60,000 nucleotides of DNA, from positions 27,158,001-27,218,000 of the forward strand of contig OZ249436.1 in assembly GCA_965235115.1 (NCBI GenBank), read 5' to 3'. Both the position numbers and the translations under genes were made by a program. Position 1 is the stretch's first letter; each line of letters begins with the position of its first letter. Positions 12,397-23,045 of this stretch are shown one piece after another. Under the pieces are notes generated by a model that had not been told where the DNA came from, did no database searches, and saw only the letters and a list, made by a program, of their open reading frames with translations. The stretch comes from Laetmonice hystrix. Its lineage: Eukaryota.

Positions 12397-14238
12397 AATT
12401 GTGGTATCGCCACAACGTGTCTATATATATAGTTAGACATAGGCCTAGTCCCGTCTATAGTCAAGAATAGAGACTGTGTAGGACATGCATGCGTGGCCCA
12501 GGCACTGCAGGATGGGTGCAGTTTTTCCAGTAGATCTAGGCCTAGATCTAGTCGCTGTTTCAAATGGCTAACCTGAAAGCTTCCAGCTGCTTATACTCTT
12601 CAAACTCGATTATTTCTATGAATTATTACTTTTCTAATTTTAGGAGTAAAAATGACCAAATTTGTTATCTCTTAGCCTTTTAGGCCTATGGCGAGGAGAA
12701 ATAGCCTGTGGACTCGGCCTAATCGAATGCGCGCAGGCCTATAGATCGGCACCGTAAGTTGGGACCTTGGGAGGGCATCCAGTTCAACCCCCACTTGAAT
12801 CTTCAGAAAGTGATATATATATTGTTCTAGTTGATAATAGTCTGAAGAGTCAGTCTTAATGTTAATGTAAACCTGAATGTCATGAAAATCAATCCTTATT
12901 TTATGGTTATAAACAGTATTATTTCAGAGCGCTGCTGCTCAAAAGCCTGTCCTGGCCGGGTGTCTTGTGCTTGTAGTTGTAGAGCTATCAACACGTTCGT
13001 TGTCATCGCCTGGGCCAGAGACTGGCCGGCGACAACGTCCTCGTAATCAGCATTGGCTACAATTTTATAGCCTGGGTTCAATCTGTTTGTGCTTTCATTG
13101 TCACTTGTGACATCCAAGTGACATCATAGTATAGTTAGCTACGTATTTTGATACATAATATTACAATGTTTCACTGGCAAAAAGACAATGCGTGCCTCAA
13201 CTGTGGCTGTGACGTCATAGACATGACGTGCGGTGCAGTCTTGAATAGAAGGCTAGATCTAACGTAGACTGCACTCTTTTGCTGTCTAGCTCTCGTTTTA
13301 TCGAAAGATGCATTAAAATACTACATAAGCAGAAACTTAAAAGGTCAGTAGATATTCTCAGAATATTATAGCATTATAATTTATCTTTTTAAACATCACC
13401 GTAGGCCCCTGATCCGACAAAGCTTAGTTTGGAACCTGGCTTTCTGTTGTGATATTTGACGTCATTATCAAGTTTTGGGCACTTTTGAAATTTCCATAAA
13501 AAGCTCGCTGTATTCATAACTATAAAGAGTCTCGCTAAAAGGAAGACATCCTCGGAGACCTTACGATGTGGGGAATAATTCTGGGTACTTTTTTGTATAG
13601 GTCGTCGCGACAGATTTTGCGTGGCAGCCTGCCAAACACGGAAAGGTCATACGTTTTTGGAAGTTTTCATAACAAGTTTCTATGGTTTCCATAGCTCGAG
13701 AGAATTGAAAATTATACGTAATCTGTCTAATTTCTATACTAGCTCATAGCCTTGAATCTCTACTTTCATTTGCCACCATTCCTGTCCCGATTGACCAACT
13801 ATGCACACCGCGAGCATGCTTTTAATCAACTGAGGTATCAAAAACTAAGTTTTTGGGTCCCAATTTGAGGTGCCGCACCTGGAATCCTTGTCAAATTCCC
13901 TTTCCACCAATATCAATTTTATGAAGATTGGTCCAGTAGTTCCTGAGATATGATGGTTCAAAGGTAGGCGGTCAAGCCCGGTTTGACCGAAAATCTCAAA
14001 GTTTGGGGGTCCGTATCTCCCAAACCACTGGTCCGACTGACCTAAAATTTGCGATTTGGTGCTGTGGGATCCCAATCAACAAGTATACCAAGTTTCATCA
14101 ATCGGAGAGGGTCGGGTTTAAAATGTTTGTTTTTTTGGGTGATTTGACATGGAATGACCCCATGAAAGAGATCGTTCACTTCACTCAACCTCTGCCACAC
14201 CCTGGGTCCTCCCTACTGCCGTTTCAGTGACCCCTGAC

Positions 14239-14696
14239 TGGCCTGGTCCCCAGCTCTATATTAACTTCGTATATAAAGCCTGGTGATGGCCAATCGAAGC
14301 AAGCGTTGTGATTGGCCCATCGAAAACATGGACGCAAACGAGGTATAGTTCCGTACCCTCCGTATTTCTCCAACAAGACACAAATATTTTCGTCAATCCC
14401 TTTAAAATACAAGTGTTAAATGTCCTCGCTTTTCTGAATGTAAACATAGCGTCACCAGTCCCCACACCTGCTACGGTCTGCATACGCACGGGCATGTTGC
14501 TATTGTTGGCCACTCCCGGCCACGCTCCAAGCAGAAGTCAATCACTCTGTTAACGCTGACCAACGGACCGGAGGCGGAAGTGATTAGCTCCGAGGCGGAA
14601 GTGCTTGGAGATCATCACTTCCGTTTTACAGCTTTCTGTTAGCCATCACCGGGCCTAACATAGCGGATGCGTATGGTAGGCGCGGGGACCAGGCTA
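14239..14696. mobile_element. MITE with 9-bp TSD (Academ-like termini)
   Basis: Termini TGGCCTGGTCCCC / GGGGACCAGGCTA flanked by direct repeat ACCCCTGAC (14230-14238, 14697-14705). Confidence 0.7.
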
Positions 14697-15039
14697 ACCC
14701 CTGACCTGACCCCCCGGGTCTGGTTTGCTCTCAGCTGATTGGTCAATTTACCACTTCGCAGTCTCAGCGCGCGCGAAGCATCATGGGATTGCATCGGGAT
14801 AAACAAACCGGCTGGCCTCAGTAAAACGCTCTAATATCGCTCATATATTCAGAACATTCCAACTGTCTCTAGCAAGGTATATTTGGATAAAAAATATCAA
14901 AGTTTGCGGGACGACTGCCCATATAGGCTAAATAATGAAGATTTCAAACGTTGTTTTATGGGTGACTGAGTATTTTATTAGAAAACATCCAGGAGTTGGC
15001 TACGCCTACGCCGGCCAAACATAGCCTCACTGACATAGT

Positions 15040-15401
15040 CATAGGCGTACATAGCACCGGAAGATATTCACAGGTGTGGGGGGGGGGGGCAAAAACCAAA
15101 TCATAGGTCCCAAGTTCCGAGCGCCAAAGGCACGAAGCCTCGAGCGGGGGGTCTGGGGGTCCTCCCCCAGAAAAATCTGAGATTTAAAGTGCCAAATACG
15201 CGTTTTCCTGGCATCTTCTGGTAGGGAACAAAGTCTAGGACTAGGCCCTCTGTCTCTGACGGTCTGACCATCTCCTGCCACCTTTGACCAACTTTAGCTG
15301 GGGGGGGGAACTATTTGCTTGCCCCCCCCCATCAGCTTTTGAGTTGGGGGGGGGGCAACGGCCCCCTTTGCCCCCCCCCCCCCCCCCGGTTTCGGCGCCT
15401 A
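15040..15401. mobile_element. G/C-run-rich MITE-like repeat
   Basis: Termini CATAGGCGT...GGCGCCTA; interior motifs (GAGCGCC-AAGGC, GGGGGGTCTGGGGG, poly-G/C) shared with the repeat at ~45460-45740. Confidence 0.5.
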
Positions 15402-15659
15402 GACCTAGGCTATGCCAAACTTTAGAATTAGGGAGTCAGCTAGCTAACGCCGGTTAACGGTTAGAGTGCCGCCACATCCACAACCTGGCACAGGCACAGG
15501 CACAAATTTGAGGGGATTAGGATCTAGAGTAGAGGCTAGACACTAGATCTATCTCTAGGCCTAGATCTACTATAACACGTTAGACTATAGTGGACTGGAC
15601 TGGAGCACTCTGGCTCTGCCAGCTCTAATAATTTTTAAAATAACGATAACGATTTTAAA

Positions 15660-16192
15660 CGCTGTTCCTCAGAAGGACTACCCCACCTTAGAGCAAGGCC
15701 GGTTGAGTGTCAATCTAATTAAAATTAGATCTTGGTATTCCGCTTCTCTCTCGGCTGTTTCAGTGCTGGAGCGCATGCGAAATAACTAAGACCTAATTTT
15801 AATTAGATTGGTTGAGTGTCAAGGGCAAGAAAGATGAACTATGTGCCTTACTTTGCCCTTAGCCTGTGCTTCTCACTGCATGTGCTCAGAAACCTGTGCT
15901 GCTGTGCAGCTCAGGAAAGTACCAGAAAGAAATTTGAGGAATACCAGACATTGCTGAAAATTGACAGTTGTACCATTCCCGATCCCTTTGATCTTTCTGG
16001 ATGGGTTGGCAAGGCATATTCCTGTTTTGACTCTGCTTGGCTTCAGCAGATATGTTACCACCACATGCCCTATTTCTGAAAAATCTCCAGTATGCCTGAT
16101 GAAGTCCTCATCCACCCCTTCTGCCCAGATATTCAACCCCTCCCACCAAATTTGGGTGGCTGTTGAGAATATATTTGCTCATGTGTTGCTGG
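15660..16192 (+). pseudogene. Decayed DNA-transposon accessory gene (SAP-like N-terminus and SWIM zinc-finger region)
   Basis: Frame-shifted peptides LSVKGKKDELCAL / EYQTLLKIDSCTIPDPFDLSGWVG / KAYSCFDSAWLQQICYH / ISEKSPVCLMKSSSTPSAQIFNPSHQIWVAVE / ICSCVAG followed by GTAAGT; resembles SWIM-domain ORFs of ISL2EU/Kolobok-type elements (recalled, not searched). Confidence 0.55.
15711..15810. mobile_element. 100-bp MITE with 9-bp TSD
   Basis: TIR CAATCTAATTAAAATTAG / CTAATTTTAATTAGATTG; TSD GTTGAGTGT (15702-15710, 15811-15819). Confidence 0.8.
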
Positions 16193-17612
16193 GTAAGTCC
16201 ATAAAAAAACATTAAAAAATGTCAAAGATTAATTATAAATAAAGATAAATACAGTTCTTTTTATTCCAATAAATTTTTCTGTATAGGGGGCTACTCCATT
16301 TTTCATTACTTCAGGTTTGGGATACTTGTATGCAAAATGAAAGGGAGTATCAAAAAGGTAAACAAATTACAATTTTGTGAATTTACATCTGGGGATTTTA
16401 TGGACTGATTGTACAGCATGTTTGTGTGGTAGACAGCAGGTCCAGGTTGTTTGGATTCTTTGGCCTGGGTCAATATTTAGTGTACCATGATGATGCTATA
16501 TCTTTTGGTTGTACCGCTCTGTCATTTTTTAAAAACTCAAACTGGTGGTGGGTGCTCTACTTTAGCATGACAATAATGTTCCTTCTGTTGGATGATGTAA
16601 CATTCCCTATTTAGTGTGATTCTTGAATGAATGAAGGTGCTACTTCAATTCACTGACCCTTATTAAATTTTAGTATTTGCATTTATGTAGGCCCTACGTA
16701 GATGTAAAATACAAAAAGGCTCATGCCGCTAAAAAATGCAACCAAGCAACCAGAGCTAGTTTTGCATGTTGCATTCAAAACCATCGGCCAGCAAATAAGC
16801 ATGATCTATATGAACAGATGAATGCAAATTTACTTTAGTTGACCCATGATTTCACCAGGTCTCAATGAGTATGGTCTTTGGGTAAGGTAATCCTTTATCG
16901 ACATGTGCTAAATAAATTGTGATATTCCTTTTTAATTCAGAAACTGATAAATTCCTTGCTAGTTTTATAATCACTTTGTGTGTAACACAGTGTTAACTTC
17001 CATGCAAATTATACATGTATGTAGAAATTAGAACTTGTTTTTACTAAGTACCGGGCGTACTACCAGATTTCTTGTATCCTTTTCTCTTTCTCTTTATTAG
17101 CAGTTTATTCACACCCCCAACCGCCCTACTGAGGAATGGGATCTTGAAATTTTTGTGTTCGTAGTAGGGTAGTAGTAGTAGTAGTAGTAGATCTAGTAGT
17201 AGTATAATAGTTTCTGATCCAAATTTGCATGAATGTCTGCTGCATATCATCTATTTCCATCGCTGAATGGTGTAAGTACTGTTGCTACACCCGCTAACTG
17301 CACAGATCCGCATGATTTTTCCAAGTGTCAGCAACTGACTGAAAGATAGAATAAAACAAGAGCCGTAGACAAAGAGAAGCAGGAGAAAACACATTTTTGG
17401 AGATTCCACTGAGACAGTTTTATCTATTATTATTAGATCTCTAACCTTGAAATAAAGCGATCATTTCATTTTGGCAAATATTCTTACTGGCCCACATTAC
17501 ATGAATGAGGAGGATTCCAAATCCCTTGGCTTATACAAACCTGAGAAACACTAGTAGATCTAACGGTTAGTAGTTACCAGTAGCAAGTTTAAGCAAAAAG
17601 GATCAAAGCATG

Positions 17613-17769
17613 CAGGCGCGGATCCGGGAGGGGGGGAAGGGGAGGGTCCAGGGGGTCCGGGCCCCCCCCCCCCCGCTCAGCATCAACTTAGGTTTTTGCT
17701 ATGTTATCGGGGAAGGGCCCCAGACTTTTTGCCCCCCCCCCCCTGCATAAATTCCTGGATCCGCGCCTG
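17613..17769. mobile_element. Small G/C-rich MITE
   Basis: TIR CAGGCGCGGATCC / GGATCCGCGCCTG; flanking direct repeat GCATG. Confidence 0.7.
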
Positions 17770-17782
17770 GCATGATAGGTGC

Positions 17783-18130
17783 GATAAGGGTAAAATCTTA
17801 CCCTAGGATCGCCACTCGGGGGGGGGGGGTCTTACTTTTCTAGGTCTTACTTTTCCTCAGGGTGTCTAGAAAAGTAAGACCTAGAAAAGTAAGACCTAGC
17901 TGCTTGCTAAAAAATAGAAATGGATAAGGGTAAAATCTTACCCTAGGAGTGCCACCAGGGGGGGGGGTCTTACTTTTCTAGGTCTTACTTTTCTAGGTCT
18001 TACTTTTCTAGGTCTTACTTTTCTAGGTCTTACTTTTCTAGGTCTTACTTTTCTAGGTCTTACTTTTCTAGGTCTTACTTTTCTAGGTCTTAGGTCTTAC
18101 TTTTCTAGGTCTTACTTTTCTAGACACCCT
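17783..18130. mobile_element. MITE with a 15-bp internal tandem repeat (GGTCTTACTTTTCTA), preceded by a partial copy of itself
   Basis: TIR AGGGTGTCTAGAAAAGTAAGACC at ~17859 and its complement ending ~18130; 17783-17853 duplicates ~17923-17993. Confidence 0.7.
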
Positions 18131-18144
18131 AGGTGGGGCATTCA

Positions 18145-18705
18145 TTGTGAGCAGCAGTCACTGTGAGCGGCAGTTACTGTGACAGTCGAGCGGCATGATT
18201 TTGATGGAACTATCGATGGAATTTTGATGATTTTGATCAAACATTTTGATGGTTTGATGGAAATCATTACATTATTTTAATTTATACAGTAACTTGAGTA
18301 AGTCGACGGTGGTGGCTGAGATGAAGACCTGCTGGCGCTGCTAAAATTAAATAATGCTGGTTGGCTTTCTGCTTCATCTCAGCGGCGATCTCAACTGACT
18401 CAAGCCCTTGAGTCAAGGGCCTTGTCCCTGCCAGGCTCTACGGGGTGGATGTGCTGCTGGGGACCGGGGGTGAAGCTGTCGTCGATCTGGTAGACCTTGG
18501 CGCAGAGGTCTAGCCCCTCCCTCTGCTCTGGTGCTGCCACAAACTGTCACTGTCACTGTGTCACTGACTGTCACTAAAGTGTCAGTGTCACTGTGTCAAG
18601 TCAGTGTCAGTGACCGCCTCAGACTCAGTCATGACCGCCGCTCACAACAACTGTCAGTGATCGCCGCTCACACTGTTGTCACTGACAGTAGCTGCCGCTC
18701 ACAGA
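18145..18705 (-). mobile_element. Mutator (MULE)-derived non-autonomous element containing a FLYWCH-type transposase fragment
   Basis: Inverted arrays of CTGTGAGCGGCAG on both sides; the minus strand of ~18510-18350 reads LCAKVYQIDDSFTPGPQQHIHPVEPG..EIAAEMKQKA, resembling the end of a FLYWCH finger. Confidence 0.5.
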
Positions 18706-18902
18706 CTCAGTGATTGGTATTCTTTGTAATAATAAGTGTACCATACCTGGAGATGTGAAGAACTGCAGTGGAATGACGTAATGGCTGCTAGGATTCACCG
18801 GTCGAAACGTACGCCATGCGGCCAGATCGGTTTGTTTATCCCGAGGCGGACAACCGGAAGTGTGTTTCAGACATGCGCACTCGAGACTGTGAAGTGGCTT
18901 AT

Positions 18903-19627
18903 AGGGAGCGTAAGTATGTCACGTCACAATGCGTGAATCGACGAGAAATGCGGTTTGGAGGCCCAAACTGGCGCCAGCCAAATTCCGGTTCCGTTCATTT
19001 AGCATTGGGAGGCCCATTGAAAAAACGTACTAACTGATAACTCCAAAAATACTGTTCTCTTTGTTATCAAACTCACTATACATCAGAACCAACATCTCTT
19101 ATGTCAGAAAAAATACATTTCATACTTAAGAAATATTTAATTGTCAAAAGAAAGGCCGATGTTTGGAGAGGTGTACGCTCGCCCTATGTTAAACCAGTGG
19201 GGGATTGTGACGTAACGGAAGTTGCATGTCGCCAGCGGTCTGACCCAGTTAGACCGAGCCTCGTTTTCGGTCGCGAGACTTAGAATGCGGTTTGGAGGCC
19301 CAAACTGGCGCCAGCCAAATTCCGGTTCCGTTCATTTAGCATTGGGAGGCCCATTGAAAAAACGTTCTAACTGATAACTCCAAAAATACTGTTCTCTTTG
19401 TTATCAAACTGACTATACATCAGAACCAACATCTCTTATGTCAGAAAAAATACATTTCATACTTAAGAAATATTTAATTGTGAAAAGAAAGGCTGATGTT
19501 TGGAGAGGTGTACGCTCGCCCTATGTTAAACCAGTAGGGGATTGTGACGTAACGGAAGTTGCATGTCGCCAGCGGTCTGACCCAGTTAGACCGAACCTCG
19601 TTTTCGGTCGCGAGACTTACGCTCCCT
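18903..19627. mobile_element. MITE (ISL2EU/Harbinger-like) with an internal 337-bp tandem duplication
   Basis: TIR AGGGAGCGTAAGT / ACTTACGCTCCCT, AT on both flanks; 18947-19283 is repeated at 19284-19619. Confidence 0.75.
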
Positions 19628-19629
19628 AT

Positions 19630-20026
19630 AGGGCGCCTAAGTCTCGTGACCTGGTTATGCAAATGACGTTAAATAGCCTCAAACCAGCACGCGATAGCAC
19701 AAAACGTGCGCCATGTGATTGTGACGTCAAAAAATTTCCCATAGGATTAGCATTGACAGGGCTGACAGGCTTACAAAAACCAGCCCGTATATTCACAATC
19801 TAACTTTCTAAACCATAAAACAAACTTTATCCCAGAGTAAACATGCCAGCCATCATGTATTGTAACGTTTAAATATTAACAGCGACTTCACTGCAGAATG
19901 AAAATATTTTAAAGTTGACTGTCACTGTTCCCTATGGCCATCGCAATGTTAAACCAGCGAGGCTATCTGCTCCTTGTCCCGACAACGCGAAATCTCTTGA
20001 ATTCTCGTGACATACTTAGGCGCCCT
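19630..20026. mobile_element. Related MITE abutting the previous one in inverted orientation
   Basis: TIR AGGGCGCCTAAGT / ACTTAGGCGCCCT, AT on both flanks. Confidence 0.75.
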
Positions 20027-21984
20027 ATTCGGCCGCAGGCTGACATGTGTGAAACATTGTACCTTTATGATCGGTGTTATGCAATTACAGAATCCGCTGA
20101 CGACATGGCAGCACGGATGGGGGGAGGGCGGCGTTCTACTACCACGCCACCCTGCGACGAACAAACGCCGGACACAGACTTGCTCAGACTCTCGCACAGC
20201 AAGAGAGTCGGCTAACCTAGACTGATCCTGCAGCTAGCCCTATTGTTCTCTTTGTTAGGCTTGTGCGCTTTAGGACCTAAGAGATGCCGATTCGTGGGAT
20301 TTAAACTAAAAAGATTACAGCCAGTCTCGGGGTACATTCTGAGCCGTGAGAAGCAGGAAGACTCGTAGATAGGTGGACACAACTCTTCTAAAGGGATCTA
20401 GCAATAGAACCCGTACCCCGACAGTGGGCTCAATCTGCGGCAAGGTTCCAAACCAGTTGACTCTCAATGGGCTATGGTGGTCTCCAGACGCCAGATCTTC
20501 GAACGGTAGGACTTGGACCAAGCCACTTAGATCAGTTCCACTTTTTGCCAAAATTGGAAATCGCCCTCCTATACAAAAAGACATCCGATACGACACTATC
20601 GTTTGGCAAACTCCTGCACAAATTACGTCCTGGTATCCTAGGACCAAAGTCATGCTGTTTTATGCATTATTAGCAGTGCGATTTTTCCTTGTGATGTGCT
20701 TGTCTCAAAGTGGATTTCTGCAAGGGGATTTGCTGGGAAACCAAGAATTGTTTCCAAATCAGGAGTTTGTTTCAGAAAATTGTTTTTTGGGTTTGCATCT
20801 AGGGCTTGGTCAATATATCAGAGAAAAGTCCCTTTTATCCTCAATCAAGTATAGATGTTATATTTTACAGGACTGTGGTATGGGGATGGATCAACCCCGA
20901 CTGCGTAACGGGCGAGAAGTGGACACCCTGCTAACTGCAGCCCAACATCTCGGGGTCACCAGGCGGGTCGACGACGGAAAGATGGTAACGCTGCCCGGAG
21001 GAGGGGGCGGGAGATTTTTTGCATCAGGTTCTACTTCCGTGGTCGACTTCGGCTTAGAAGACTAGTGGCACTTTCCCCCCATTTTACACTGGTTGTACGT
21101 TTTCTTTTAGGGAGTAAAGTACATGTTTTCTAGATTTCCCTAAGTTAATAGACCTATACCTTTAATAAATTCCTTATTAGATATTTTTTCCGTTTATAAA
21201 TCGGTCTTCGTTCACTTTTCAAAGGGCTGGGAAAGTAATTACCCATGCCTAGAGAACCTACGAGTGCCTGGCAATGGTGAAGGCGACATTTCGGACTCCG
21301 TCCTATGCTGCCATCTAACGACGCCCGAAAACAATGATTCGCCATTGACGACAGAGGTTGCGAGTGTTTGGATAGCTCCATCTGCAGGAAGTGGGTTGTA
21401 CGCATACAGGACTGGTACTTTGAACTCATATGGACAGCTCTACTGAGACCGGACATATATTAGGGGGCTTTCTGAAAACTTACTTATATTCATATAGAGG
21501 AGAAACTATTTCATTAGACCCTTTAATAATTTGTGACCAGTCGGTTTCTGTGAGCCAATAAACATTCAGTAATTTCTCTGCAGTCCCTCACTTTGAACCA
21601 ATAAAGAGTTAACAGTTTCTCATTCGCCCGTGCACGATTGATGCCTAAATAATAGATGGGCCCTTATATTAGCTGGTTGGTCAGCTGCAGCTTGTTGTAG
21701 GCCTATATAAAAGGTTCTGCCACTTTGAAACAACGTGGAATATTCAGAAGATGCGGACAGATCTCACAAATTCACCCCTTCAACCCCCTGGCTCAGATCA
21801 CCGAGTATATACTCGTTGCTCAGATCAAGGTCAAGTAAGCCAGTAAGTAATGTTTTAAATTTGACTTTTTAACTGAATTTTGAGACCTTGATTTTCATCT
21901 TGGATTGCAAATTTTCCGGGAGCGTTTCATGACAGAAAATGCTCTAGGCCCTACCGCATTTTCCCTTTCCCAACCGGGGAGGGA

Positions 21985-22262
21985 GCCCCACCCTTAAGAT
22001 GACCCGAGAGGACCAGAGGTGACCAGAGATGACATGACATGATGGAAACCCCTTAATACCGATCAGAGAGGACAAGAGATGACCCGCCGAGACTATCTTT
22101 CGCGGGTCATCTCTGGACTGATCATCTCCAGGTCTCGGGTCATCTCTGGTCATCTCTTGTCATCGGTAGGCCATTAAGGGGTTTCCGTTATCTCTGGTCA
22201 TCTCGACTTGTCATCTTTTGTCATCTCTGGTCATCCCTTGTCATCGGTATTAAGGGTGACCC
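21985..22262. mobile_element. Palindromic MITE built of GATGACCAGA-type subrepeats
   Basis: CACCCTTAA...GATGAC array on the left mirrored by GTCATCTCTG array...TTAAGGGTGACCC on the right. Confidence 0.6.
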
Positions 22263-22532
22263 CAAATGGGCGAAGCGGTTCGAAGATAGAGCGAGAGTCC
22301 GCAACGGGGTCAGCTAAGCGTTCTTACATTACATGTGGTTGGTCTCACTTCAATTTATTTGAGTTTTGCATGTGATACTAAGCTGATTGTACAGGTTTTA
22401 AAATCTGTGGACAACCGCCAATGTGTACAGGCCAGACACACAGGCCGTGGAATTCTAAGCAATTTAACAAATAACACAATTGGTGCTCAAACAGTTAAGA
22501 TATTTACCTTAGTGCCGGAGCCTGCTGAGAGC

Positions 22533-23045
22533 TAGCCTACGTAGTAAGCCTTGCGCCGAGCCAGCAAGGCTTACAGGCAGTCGAATTAAATTCCTGGCGG
22601 GTCAGACCACACCCAGGCCAGACCACCACCGCTTGCACTAATCAACTCACCGGCATCCATTTATCTCGACAGTAGGTGTGTGGGGTCCTGAAGCAGTGTT
22701 TCTAATAGTACAACGTCAAATTCATGTCTAGATCACCCATTTAACGGCGTTTTACCGGCCGCCATGCTGCCTTTGATATCCCAGCATGCATCTCTCCGAC
22801 GGTCAACCAGCATTGAAATTTCTCGGTTCGAGAGATGTGACTGTCTTTATTGTGTCGCATCGTGCTTTTCCAGCTTGCAGATATGAGAGATAAGTTAGTT
22901 TGAGTTTATTTATCAATATTTCATCAACATATAGAGACAAGGGAGGGCTTTTCATGGAAAACAGAGGATTTGTCCGGGTACGCTCGGAAATTCTGAACAG
23001 CGACCTTCGGCTCTGTACAGAGCACAGAGCCGAATTCTTTGGCTA
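22533..23045. mobile_element. Non-autonomous DNA transposon with TAGCC...GGCTA termini and 9-bp TSD
   Basis: Direct repeat GCTGAGAGC at 22524-22532 and 23046-23054. Confidence 0.6.

Larger units (their letters stand above)
8957..12423 (+). mobile_element. HINE-like element, array unit 5, carrying two nested insertions
   Basis: Has the 5' hairpin, the 5' module of unit 3 and the 3' module of unit 1; interrupted at ~10561-11560 and 11691-12396. Confidence 0.75.

Noticed and set aside
13400..14161. Complete DNA transposon ending in ...TGATTTGACATGGAATGACCC
   Set aside because: It looks like one transposon terminus, but I found no matching other end or TSD, so boundaries cannot be supported.
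19101..19803. Duplicated small gene (MSEKIHFILKK...)
   Set aside because: A product of the 337-bp duplication inside a MITE; no coding hallmarks.
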